This document shows, piece by piece, positions 1-8,027 of a stretch of DNA of 37,765 bases. Position numbers and translations under genes: made by a program. Within the stretch, counting starts at the first letter, position 1. Each line of letters begins with the position of its first letter. The DNA is from a virus (Duplodnaviria; Caudoviricetes). The notes below the pieces were generated by a model. It searched no databases. It was not told where the DNA came from and worked only from the letters and a program-made list of their open reading frames with translations. Location of the stretch: positions 1-37,765 of the IMG/VR virus record IMGVR_UViG_3300032135_000028; one strand, written 5' to 3'.

Positions 1-13
1 CTTTGAGTACCCC

Positions 14-103
14 ATGAGCGTTCATGACGCACGACACCGAAGAGCCGAGGCGATCGTCAAGGCCCACGTGATCCTTGCATGGCTCACAGAGGGCAAGCGA
101 TGA
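14..103 (+). CDS. small hypothetical protein (29 aa, MSVHDARHRRAEAIVKAHVILAWLTEGKR)
   Basis: Read manually. Its ATG overlaps the stop of the ORF wrapping from the window end, and its TGA overlaps the next ATG (ATGA coupling). Confidence 0.45.
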   Translation: MSVHDARHRRAEAIVKAHVILAWLTEGKR

Positions 104-279
104 GAGCACAGTTCGACGGCATCTGCGCCGAGTGCGGTCACCGGGTTCACGAAGGCGAACCGATCATCGTGCACGACGACGGCTGGCAGCACGCAGACTG
201 TGAAACAACGAGACGACCCGAGAATCCTGTCTGCGACGTCTGCTGGCTCACACACCCAGCGGGAGCATGCGAACGATGA
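100..279 (+). CDS. small Cys/His-rich (zinc-binding-like) hypothetical protein
   Basis: CxxC...HxxC...CxxC pattern. ATG at 100 follows GAGGG and is coupled on both sides. Confidence 0.6.
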   Translation: MRAQFDGICAECGHRVHEGEPIIVHDDGWQHADCETTRRPENPVCDVCWLTHPAGACER

Positions 280-365
280 GCGAGTTCGTCATCAAGACAG
301 TCGCTGACCGTCTCCGTGGCATTCAGGCCGAGCCAGACCTCGACGACGACAAAGAGCCGGAGTAA
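276..365 (+). CDS. small acidic hypothetical protein (29 aa)
   Basis: ATGA overlap with the upstream ORF and GGGAG upstream. Read manually. Confidence 0.4.
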   Translation: MSEFVIKTVADRLRGIQAEPDLDDDKEPE

Positions 366-437
366 CGCTACCCTGGTGCTCAGACTTCCCGCGCGATGCG
401 GGCAAGACGGCGTGAAGCCGTGAACACGAAGGAGGGC

Positions 438-728
438 ATGATGCCCAAAGAAACAATCCACGTGAAAGATGCCATCGTAAACGACTCGGCAACTGACACG
501 AACTACCCCCAAGATATCGTGGACGCCCGTATCAGTGTTGGCTTCGACAAAGCACACGCCCACGATAGGCTCCGCCCCACGGTGGGGGTGTCACTTGAGG
601 CGTATGTCGAGAATGGCAACGCAGACATGCACTGGCCCCGTACGGTCTTCCTCGACCGCGACCAGATCAACCAGACGATCCGAGCACTACGCAAGGCCCG
701 CGATCAAGCGTTCGGCACAGACGCCTAA
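438..728 (+). CDS. hypothetical phage protein
   Basis: Strong AAGGAGG SD before ATG 438. C-terminus LDRDQINQTIRALRKARDQAFGTDA looks protein-like. Confidence 0.7.
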   Translation: MMPKETIHVKDAIVNDSATDTNYPQDIVDARISVGFDKAHAHDRLRPTVGVSLEAYVENGNADMHWPRTVFLDRDQINQTIRALRKARDQAFGTDA

Positions 729-889
729 TTGGTAGAGGCCCCTGACGCGCTGTGCGCTCGCCTACCGCACTGAAACACCCACCCAGCAGTGAGCACAGCA
801 CCAACACACCCACAACCCGGCAGACAAGCGCACAGCAGCCCGCGTGACGCATACAATAGGCTCCACAGCGAGCGACGGGAGCGCGACGC

Positions 890-1378
890 ATGACCAAAAA
901 GACTGGCAGACCGAAAACTGGTCGCCCACCAGGAGTGAAAGACACGAAGCCGCGCCCCTCAACAGGGAAGGCCGCAGTCGAAGCACGTCTGAACGCGTAC
1001 GAGAAAGCGAAGCAAGCCGCGAAACTGCGCACGATGCGCGTCTCGTGGGACACGATCGCCGAGCGAGTCGGCTACTCGTCACGTGGCGCTGCGTATAACG
1101 CCGTGCAGCGCGAGATCAAGCGCATACCGCGCGAAGCAGTGAACGAGTTGCGCAACGTCGAACTCGAATCGCTCGACTCACTCGAACAAGGCGCTATGCG
1201 TCTCGCGCTCGCAGGCAACCTCGGCGCGATCGACAGGGTGCTGCGCATCAAAGAACTGCGCGGCAAATACACGGGCGTCTTCGAGGCACCCAGCGACACG
1301 GGCGTCGACGAAGTGCGCACAGTGCTCACAGCATGGCGTGCAGCACTCGTCAGCAGCGACAGCGAGAGCGACGCATGA
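890..1378 (+). CDS. terS: terminase small subunit (HTH-containing)
   Basis: HTH-like SWDTIAERVGYSSRGAAYNAV; helical C-terminus AIDRVLRIKELRGKYTG; lies upstream of terL. Confidence 0.7.
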   Translation: MTKKTGRPKTGRPPGVKDTKPRPSTGKAAVEARLNAYEKAKQAAKLRTMRVSWDTIAERVGYSSRGAAYNAVQREIKRIPREAVNELRNVELESLDSLEQGAMRLALAGNLGAIDRVLRIKELRGKYTGVFEAPSDTGVDEVRTVLTAWRAALVSSDSESDA

Positions 1379-1506
1379 GCAAGCGCGCAGACGACGAACT
1401 CGAACGCGAACTCGCAGCACGCGCCGCAGCAGACACAGGCGAACGACACACACTCGACGATGTTGCGCACGAGTTCGACGTCGACCTCGACGAGCGTGAC
1501 GTCTGA
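1375..1506 (+). CDS. small acidic hypothetical protein (43 aa)
   Basis: Read manually: MSKRADDELERELAARAAADTGERHTLDDVAHEFDVDLDERDV. Coupled by ATGA and TGATG overlaps. Confidence 0.55.
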   Translation: MSKRADDELERELAARAAADTGERHTLDDVAHEFDVDLDERDV

Positions 1507-1649
1507 TGCGGCTGAAGATCACACTGCTCTCGATCGAGTTCGACACGAGCGACGAGCACGACGAGCACGACAGCGATCTCTCGTCGACCGCTGAGCACAG
1601 CGAGCAGCGCATCGGCTTCAGCATGCCCGATCAAGACGGTGACGCATGA
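1506..1649 (+). CDS. small acidic hypothetical protein (47 aa)
   Basis: Read manually: MRLKITLLSIEFDTSDEHDEHD...RIGFSMPDQDGDA. Fills the gap exactly, and its stop overlaps the terL ATG. Confidence 0.55.
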   Translation: MRLKITLLSIEFDTSDEHDEHDSDLSSTAEHSEQRIGFSMPDQDGDA

Positions 1650-3364
1650 TCAACGGCTCACTACTCGCACCCGACGAGATGTACGTGCCACCACTCAGCG
1701 ACAAACAGGCCGGGTTCATCATTCGCTCGACCACACGCGTCAACCTGCTCGAAGGGTCAATCCGATCAGGCAAGACATTCGCGTCACTCGTGCGCTGGCT
1801 CACATTCATCGCAGACGACGCACCCAAACGCGGTGCACTCGTCATGGTCGGCAAGTCACGCGACTCACTGTTCCGCAACGTGTTCGAACCAATCGAGAAC
1901 GACCCGACACTCGCCGTCTTCCAGCCATTCATCCACTACAAACAGGGCGCACCCACCGCGAACATTCTCGGACGCATCGTCCACATCATCGGCGCAGCAG
2001 ACGCAAAGGCTGAGTCGAAGATCAGGGGCATGACAGTCGCAGGCGCATACATCGACGAACTGACGACACTGCCACGCGACTTCTTCAAGCAGATGCTGGG
2101 ACGTGCGTCAGTGCCCGGCGCGTCGATCTTCGCGACGACGAACCCAGACGCACCAAAGCACTGGCTGAAGTCCGAATATCTCGACAAGATCAGCGAGTTC
2201 CCTGACTGGCGAGTCTGGCACTTCACAATGCACGACAACCCAGGCTTGACTGCCGAGTACATCGCGAGCCTGTCGCGCGAGTACACAGGACTCTGGTATC
2301 GACGCTTCATCTTGGGCGAATGGGTCGCAGCAGAGGGCGCAATCTTCGACACGTTCGACCCGCAACGCCACGTCATCAAGCGCAACCAGTTGCCCAACAT
2401 CGACAACGTGATCGCAGTCGGCCTCGACTACGGCACAACACACGCGACACGCGCATACCTCATCGGCATCGGCACAGACCCGATCACGAGCAAGGCTGCA
2501 CTGTACGTGCTCAGCGAGTTCGCACCCGGCACAGCGACAGTCGGCCAACACGCACAGATGTTTCGAGCATGGCTGAAAGCACAGCAGCCGCAATCGTGGC
2601 AAGAGCCACAGTGGATCGCAATCGACCCCGCTGCTGCTGTCATGCGTCAGCAGTTGTTCGACGACGGCCACTCGAACCTGATGCGAGCACACAACGCAGT
2701 GCTGTCAGGCATCCAGACAGTCTCGTCACTGTTCGCAGCAGGACGCCTGTACGTGCTCGACGACTGCACAGAGTTGATCAAGGGCATACCGGGCTATCGG
2801 TGGGACAGCGCAGCGAGCGCGAAGGGTCTCACGAAGCCGATCAAGGAAGACGACGACGAGTGTGTGGCTATCGGCACGCCAGTATTGACCGCACAGGGAT
2901 GGAGACCTGTTCAGGACGTGAAGACCGGCGATCTGGTGCACACTCGTGTCGGCTTGCGACCCGTGTTGATGTCGTCTGTGACCCATGGGGGCCGTGCTGT
3001 TGCGACGTTACGTTTCGAACTGTCCAATGGGCGAAGCCTGGTGGTGACTGGCAACCATCCGATGTTTCTTGCTGATGGGTCTGTGCGCCGCGCCGGAGCA
3101 TTGACGAAAGACGATGTGCTGTATGGATGGTTGAACCCACCAACCGCACCTGTGGCGGTTCGTGTGCTGCACGTCTCCGCTGGGCCAACCGTCAAAACGT
3201 GGAATCTGACAGTAGCCAACCAACCTGAATACGTTGCTGCGGGCGTGCTCGTCCACAACTGCGACGCACTGCGCTATGGAATCTACTCGACACGCCGACT
3301 GTGGTCGCGAGATATTCCCATCACAGCAGCAGCACGAAACGTCGACGACGAGATCGACGAGTAA
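1646..3364 (+). CDS. terL: terminase large subunit (PBSX-like), intein-containing
   Basis: Walker A GSIRSGKT, Walker B AYIDE, coupling motif TTNP, nuclease motifs GLDYG, IDPAA and DDDE/CDALRY. Confidence 0.95.
   Translation: MINGSLLAPDEMYVPPLSDKQAGFIIRSTTRVNLLEGSIRSGKTFASLVRWLTFIADDAPKRGALVMVGKSRDSLFRNVFEPIENDPTLAVFQPFIHYKQGAPTANILGRIVHIIGAADAKAESKIRGMTVAGAYIDELTTLPRDFFKQMLGRASVPGASIFATTNPDAPKHWLKSEYLDKISEFPDWRVWHFTMHDNPGLTAEYIASLSREYTGLWYRRFILGEWVAAEGAIFDTFDPQRHVIKRNQLPNIDNVIAVGLDYGTTHATRAYLIGIGTDPITSKAALYVLSEFAPGTATVGQHAQMFRAWLKAQQPQSWQEPQWIAIDPAAAVMRQQLFDDGHSNLMRAHNAVLSGIQTVSSLFAAGRLYVLDDCTELIKGIPGYRWDSAASAKGLTKPIKEDDDECVAIGTPVLTAQGWRPVQDVKTGDLVHTRVGLRPVLMSSVTHGGRAVATLRFELSNGRSLVVTGNHPMFLADGSVRRAGALTKDDVLYGWLNPPTAPVAVRVLHVSAGPTVKTWNLTVANQPEYVAAGVLVHNCDALRYGIYSTRRLWSRDIPITAAARNVDDEIDE
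2861..3259 (+). mobile_element. class 1 mini-intein (133 aa) in terminase large subunit
   Basis: Begins CVAIGTPVLT (block A), has VTGNHP (block B TxxH) and TWNLTV (block F), ends VLVHN followed by Cys+1. Removing it restores KEDDDE-CDALRYG. Confidence 0.93.
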
Positions 3365-3442
3365 CGACGCACACGCGGTACGATGCAGGAAGTGCTGTCG
3401 GGTACAGCGAACTGATCGCTCGACTGGAACGAGAGACACACA

Positions 3443-5056
3443 ATGCCGCTGCCACTTGGCAAGATGAACTGGCCCCCGTCACACGAGGCAAGACGCTACG
3501 ACAGAATGCATGTCAGCGCGACATGGTATGCGGGCGACCCGCGTGATCTCGCTGCTCTGTACGGTGGCGACGTGCCACGCACTGAGCGCACACGCGAGTC
3601 GAAGCGACTGCTGAACCGTGTGTACGACTGGTACTGGGGGCAGAACGACCCAGCCGAACTCGACGACAAGATGCACCTGCCAGTCGCACAAGACATCGCA
3701 CAGATGTCGAGCGAACTGCTGTTCGCGGCGTCGCCACAGTTCGTTGTGCAACCCATCGTCTTCGACACAGAGGGCAAAGTGCCACCCGAGCACGCACTCG
3801 TCGTCGCAGCGACGCAGCGCAGGCTCGACAAGATTTTGCGCAACTGCAAGATGGACGCACTGTTGCCGGCTGCTGCTGAGACGTGTGCAGCACTGGGCTC
3901 TGTCGCACTGCGTATCGGCTACGACGCGGCGACGATGAGCATGCCTGTGGTCTCGCGTGTCGACGGTGACGCGATTCTGCCTGAGTATTCGTTCGGCCAA
4001 CTGACTGCGTTGACGTTCTGGCGTGTCGTCGGCGCAGATGAGGACACGATCTGGCGTCATCTCGAACGACACGAAGCGGGGCGTGTGCTTCACGGCTTGT
4101 ATCGCGGTACAGGCACGAATCTCGGCGAGAAGGTCGCACTCGATCAGCGTGTCGAGACTGCATGGCTCGCAGACGCTGTCGACGCAGAGGGTGCGTTGAC
4201 ACTCGTCGATAAGCGCATGAGTGCAGCAGCGATTCCGAACGTGTTGCCTGACCCGCTTGATCGTGGCTCGTTCGCAGGGCGCAGCGACTACTCGCCGGGT
4301 GTGCTGACAGTGTTCGACGCGATCGACAAGGCGATGACGTCGTGGATGCGTGATCTCGACGACGGGCGCTCACGGCTGCTCGTCGCTGACTACATGCTCG
4401 AATCGAAGGGCAGTGGCAGCGGTGTCGGCTTCGACTCAGCACAGCATCTGTTCACGAAACTGAAGATGCAGCCGGGCGACAAGGGCGACCCGCCCATCGA
4501 CCAGGTTCAGTTCGCGATTCGTGTCGACGAGCACATGCGTACCGTCGACTATCTGCTCGGCCAAGCGGTCAAGTTGTGTGGCTATAACACCGAGAGCGAG
4601 ATCGGTGCGAACGCTGGCGACATGACTGCGACTGAGTACATGGGACGTGCGAGGCGCTCGATGAACACGCGTGCAAAGAAACTGCGTTACTGGCAAGAGA
4701 TCGAGACGCTCGTCGAGACACTGCTGTATGTCGATGCTGATGTGTTCGAGTCGCAGGTTGTGCCGTTGCCGGTGCGTATGGAAGTGCCGCCCCCGGTGCA
4801 GACGTCGGCGAAGATGCTCGCAGAGACTGTCGAGATTGTCGCACGTGCGAAGGCTGCGTCGATCGAAGTCATGGTGCGTATGCTGCATCCTGACTGGGAC
4901 GACCAGACGGTTGATGAAGAGGTCGTGCGTATTCGTGATGAGCAGTCGCTCGCTGACCCGAACGCGAGCATAGGCTCAGCAGTCGCAGGTGACATGCTGC
5001 CGGTCGAAGATGTGCGTGATGCGACTGACACAGCAGCGGCTGATCTCGTGCCGTGA
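3443..5056 (+). CDS. portal protein (SPP1/A118-like)
   Basis: Follows terL, 537 aa, with motifs GRSDY, QFAIRVDEH, MTATE and MLHPDWDDQTVDEEVVRI typical of this portal type. Confidence 0.88.
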   Translation: MPLPLGKMNWPPSHEARRYDRMHVSATWYAGDPRDLAALYGGDVPRTERTRESKRLLNRVYDWYWGQNDPAELDDKMHLPVAQDIAQMSSELLFAASPQFVVQPIVFDTEGKVPPEHALVVAATQRRLDKILRNCKMDALLPAAAETCAALGSVALRIGYDAATMSMPVVSRVDGDAILPEYSFGQLTALTFWRVVGADEDTIWRHLERHEAGRVLHGLYRGTGTNLGEKVALDQRVETAWLADAVDAEGALTLVDKRMSAAAIPNVLPDPLDRGSFAGRSDYSPGVLTVFDAIDKAMTSWMRDLDDGRSRLLVADYMLESKGSGSGVGFDSAQHLFTKLKMQPGDKGDPPIDQVQFAIRVDEHMRTVDYLLGQAVKLCGYNTESEIGANAGDMTATEYMGRARRSMNTRAKKLRYWQEIETLVETLLYVDADVFESQVVPLPVRMEVPPPVQTSAKMLAETVEIVARAKAASIEVMVRMLHPDWDDQTVDEEVVRIRDEQSLADPNASIGSAVAGDMLPVEDVRDATDTAAADLVP

Positions 5057-8013
5057 TCGACAACGATCTGCTCGCACGCGACGCTGTCGCACTCGCTCAG
5101 GCGTATCACGATGCAGAGTCGCGCATCGTGTCGCGTATCGCTGCGGCAATCTCGAACGGTCTCGAAGCGCCGACGTGGGAGTTCGACTCACTGGCACGTG
5201 CGCAGGCGTTGCGTGCTGAAGCGCAGAGCGTGCTCGTGCAGACGAACAACGCCTTTGCGAGAGGGCTGAGCGGCTTCGTCGAGAACACTTACTCGCAAGC
5301 GGGCGCGGACACGCTGATCGGGTTGGGTGACTCTGTGCCGTATGTGAAAGCGGGCTCGCTCACAAAGCGCGCAGCGACGTCTGCGATCTCCCGTGAGTTG
5401 ACTGATCGAGTGAACGCTGCGTCGAGTACGATGCTGCGTCGCGTCGACGACGTCTATCGCCGCACAGTCGGCAATGTTGTGCAGGCGACTGTCGCTCGTG
5501 GCATCTCACGCAAAGATGCGGCACGCGAAGCGATGGACGTCTTCGCGAAGAACGGCATCGGCACGTTCGCAGACAAGTCGGGGCGCAACTGGAAACTCGG
5601 CGACTACGTCGACATGGCGACACGCACAGGGCTGCAAAAAGCGCAGATGCAGGGTCACGAAGACACGCTCAAGGCGAACGATCTAGATCTCGTCGTCGCA
5701 CAGCCTGGGCCGCGTGCGTGCAAAGTCTGTGACAAGTGGGCGCGTTCGATTCTGTCGATCAGCGGCGTCACCGGCAAGATCAAAGCGGCCAACGAGATCA
5801 CGGGCGGCACGATCACAGTGACCGTCGACGACACGCTCTCGGCTGCACGTGCGGGCGGCTTTCAGCACCCGAATTGCTTCCCGTCATTTGTCCCAGTAAG
5901 CGCTCCGACGGGTGTAGTTGGCGCGGACTCGCGATGGTTTGAGGGCGAGGTAGTCGTCGTCCACACCGCCAGCGGACGAGAACTTACCGTCACCCCAAAT
6001 CATCCGGTACTGACGACGGAAGGTTGGGTCGGTGCGGGTGCGCTTCAGGTAGGTCACAGTGTCGTCGGCTACAGCGGGCCCGTCGAGGACGTAGCCGCTC
6101 CCGGTCCAGATCATCAGGGTATTGAAGCCCCGATCGGCGAGGTCTATGAGGCGTTGCGGAAGTCGAGCAGCGTGTCGTCCGCTCCTGTGCCAGGATCCGC
6201 CGAACAGTTCCACGGCGATGGTGTTCTCGACGCCGAGGTCAACGTTGTACTTGCCGACGGCCTGTTGAGGCACGACGGCCAGCCCTCGCAAGTTGAGCAG
6301 ACGCCCGAAGGCGAGTTCCTCCTCGGTGGCGCTCGACTGCCGAGCCTGCTTACCGCGGGCGCGACGCTCCAGATCGTCGACGGTGCGGGTCATTCCACGG
6401 ACGATGTCGTGCGCGGCGCTGGCGGCCCGGGACCGCTCCTCAGGGCTGGTGTTCTCGGCGCGCAGGAACATGGCTGCACTCCTGTCACGCAAAGCGACGC
6501 CAGCCTCTCTGAGCCGGCGAGTGACCGTGCTCCTGGCGACGCCAAGACTGCTGGCGAGTTGCTTGACGGACTCGCCGGCTTGATAGCGCTCGACCAAGTC
6601 GTCAAGGTCGAGCGTCATGATTTTAGTGGACATGTGTACAACCTCCAGACGGGAGGCGGCTGGTATACCGCCAACACCATCGTAGTGCACAATTGTCGCT
6701 GTTCGCTGCGTGCATACATTCCCGGCGTGACGAAGCGCTCAGACATCACACGCCCACCGTGGGACGAAGAGGGCTACAAAGCACAGCAGGATCAGCGTGG
6801 CATCGAGAACGACATCAGAGCAGCGAAACTCGAACAGGCGGCTGCGATCACGCCCGAAGATCGTGCTGCTGCTGCAGCGAAGACACGCACGAAGCAGAGC
6901 AAACTGCGTGATCATCTCGACGCGAACCCTGCACTGAAGCGACGCAGTGATCGTGAGCAGATCAGTGCCCGCTTCGCTTCGCCTGCTGAACGTGATGCGT
7001 ACATGAAGAGTCGCGCTGGGCGTGCACTCGACGAGTCGCAGCGCAAGATCGTGAAGACGAACACTGCGCCGAAGGTCAAGACGACAGTCGCTGAGACAAT
7101 GCGCAATCAGCGACACGACGGCATCGTCGCCGACAACTTCAAGCAGATGTCGAAGCCTGACACGCTCGCGACAGCAGCGACACGCGCGAACCCAGGCAAA
7201 GTCGACTCGTCGCGCGGCTCGATCGCGTACAAGGACTACTCGAACAACTGTCACCAGGTCACGAACGCGATGGAGATGCGTGCACGCGGGTACGACGTGA
7301 TCGCACGCCCGACAGCGAACGCAATGGGGCGCACGGTTCCAGAGATCGAGGCCGACTGGAAAGGGGCACGCAAGTTCACGACGCTCACACGCGAGAACGC
7401 GGGTCGCATGTCGATGACTGACTGGGTTGAAGCACAGGCTGTTGCATACCCTGACGGCGCTCGCGGTCTTGTGACGGGCAACTGGGACAGAGGCGGCGGC
7501 GGGCACATCTTCAACTGGGAAAAGATCGACGGGAAGGTCGTCTATCACGAGGGGCAGACAGCAGCGACGACGTCTCTCGAAGCAAGTCGCAACGTGGTTC
7601 GACTGCGTCGCGACACTTTGGCGATCATGCGTGTCGACGATCTCGAACCGTCTGATGCGCTGTTGCCGTCGCTGTCGAGTGTTGAAGAGTATGCACTCAC
7701 GGGCAGGGCTGCGGCGATCAACGAGGCGAAGCGCGCGGGCGAGAAACTCGCTCAACTGAGTGCGCAACGAGCAGAGGCAGAGGCTGCGTTCAAGACACAC
7801 GAGCGCGCTTGGGCGGCGTACAAGAGCGCGCAGAGCAACCCGCGTTCTCGCAGATATAACCCAACGATTTTGCGTGCGGCAGGGTTCACGACTGCAGACG
7901 TTGAGGCTGCGTATGAGGCGCGCGAACTCGTCGAGCGAACGAAAAAGGCTCAGACGGCGTGGCGCAAAGCGATGAAGAACTCGACGCTCAGAGCGAACTC
8001 TTTGCCTGACTGA
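5053..8013 (+). CDS. MuF-like/phage minor capsid protein with intein and C-terminal papain-fold toxin-like domain
   Basis: Follows portal. Has DKSGRNWKLGDYVDMATRT, ACKVCDKW and GFQHPN/CRC (minor capsid 2-type motifs); C-terminal NNC...GHIFNW...EGQT. Confidence 0.88.
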   Translation: MIDNDLLARDAVALAQAYHDAESRIVSRIAAAISNGLEAPTWEFDSLARAQALRAEAQSVLVQTNNAFARGLSGFVENTYSQAGADTLIGLGDSVPYVKAGSLTKRAATSAISRELTDRVNAASSTMLRRVDDVYRRTVGNVVQATVARGISRKDAAREAMDVFAKNGIGTFADKSGRNWKLGDYVDMATRTGLQKAQMQGHEDTLKANDLDLVVAQPGPRACKVCDKWARSILSISGVTGKIKAANEITGGTITVTVDDTLSAARAGGFQHPNCFPSFVPVSAPTGVVGADSRWFEGEVVVVHTASGRELTVTPNHPVLTTEGWVGAGALQVGHSVVGYSGPVEDVAAPGPDHQGIEAPIGEVYEALRKSSSVSSAPVPGSAEQFHGDGVLDAEVNVVLADGLLRHDGQPSQVEQTPEGEFLLGGARLPSLLTAGATLQIVDGAGHSTDDVVRGAGGPGPLLRAGVLGAQEHGCTPVTQSDASLSEPASDRAPGDAKTAGELLDGLAGLIALDQVVKVERHDFSGHVYNLQTGGGWYTANTIVVHNCRCSLRAYIPGVTKRSDITRPPWDEEGYKAQQDQRGIENDIRAAKLEQAAAITPEDRAAAAAKTRTKQSKLRDHLDANPALKRRSDREQISARFASPAERDAYMKSRAGRALDESQRKIVKTNTAPKVKTTVAETMRNQRHDGIVADNFKQMSKPDTLATAATRANPGKVDSSRGSIAYKDYSNNCHQVTNAMEMRARGYDVIARPTANAMGRTVPEIEADWKGARKFTTLTRENAGRMSMTDWVEAQAVAYPDGARGLVTGNWDRGGGGHIFNWEKIDGKVVYHEGQTAATTSLEASRNVVRLRRDTLAIMRVDDLEPSDALLPSLSSVEEYALTGRAAAINEAKRAGEKLAQLSAQRAEAEAAFKTHERAWAAYKSAQSNPRSRRYNPTILRAAGFTTADVEAAYEARELVERTKKAQTAWRKAMKNSTLRANSLPD
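5884..6633 (-). CDS. HTH + Vsr/DUF559-like (PD-(D/E)xK) endonuclease, putative homing endonuclease, antisense within the intein (249 aa)
   Basis: N-terminal HTH (YQAGESVKQLASSLGVARSTVTRRLREAGV). Nuclease pattern TEEE...QQAVGKYNVDL...AVELFGGSWH...LADRGFNTLMIW. SD GGAGGT lies 7 nt before the ATG at 6633. Confidence 0.85.
   Translation of the reverse strand: MSTKIMTLDLDDLVERYQAGESVKQLASSLGVARSTVTRRLREAGVALRDRSAAMFLRAENTSPEERSRAASAAHDIVRGMTRTVDDLERRARGKQARQSSATEEELAFGRLLNLRGLAVVPQQAVGKYNVDLGVENTIAVELFGGSWHRSGRHAARLPQRLIDLADRGFNTLMIWTGSGYVLDGPAVADDTVTYLKRTRTDPTFRRQYRMIWGDGKFSSAGGVDDDYLALKPSRVRANYTRRSAYWDK
6641..6646 (-). promoter_or_regulatory. Shine-Dalgarno site (GGAGGT) of the antisense endonuclease
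   Basis: Plus strand acctcc at 6641-6646; the minus strand reads GGAGGT-TGTACAC-ATG. Confidence 0.75.
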
Positions 8014-8027
8014 GATACGATGCGAGC

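Larger units (their letters stand above)
5875..6693 (+). mobile_element. class 1 intein (273 aa) in minor capsid protein, no in-frame endonuclease
   Basis: Begins CFPSFVPV, block B LTVTPNHPVLT, block F GHVYNLQT, ends IVVHN followed by Cys+1. Removing it restores the conserved HPNCRC motif. Confidence 0.92.

Noticed and set aside
2868-3258. Alternative-frame ORFs inside the terminase intein, checked for a second hidden endonuclease
   Set aside because: No HNH, LAGLIDADG, GIY-YIG or Vsr-like motif. The intein is only 133 aa, leaving no room.
5884-6690. Longer 268-aa start (GTG 6690) for the antisense nuclease
   Set aside because: No SD at that start. ATG 6633 has GGAGGT at 7-nt spacing and begins right at the HTH.
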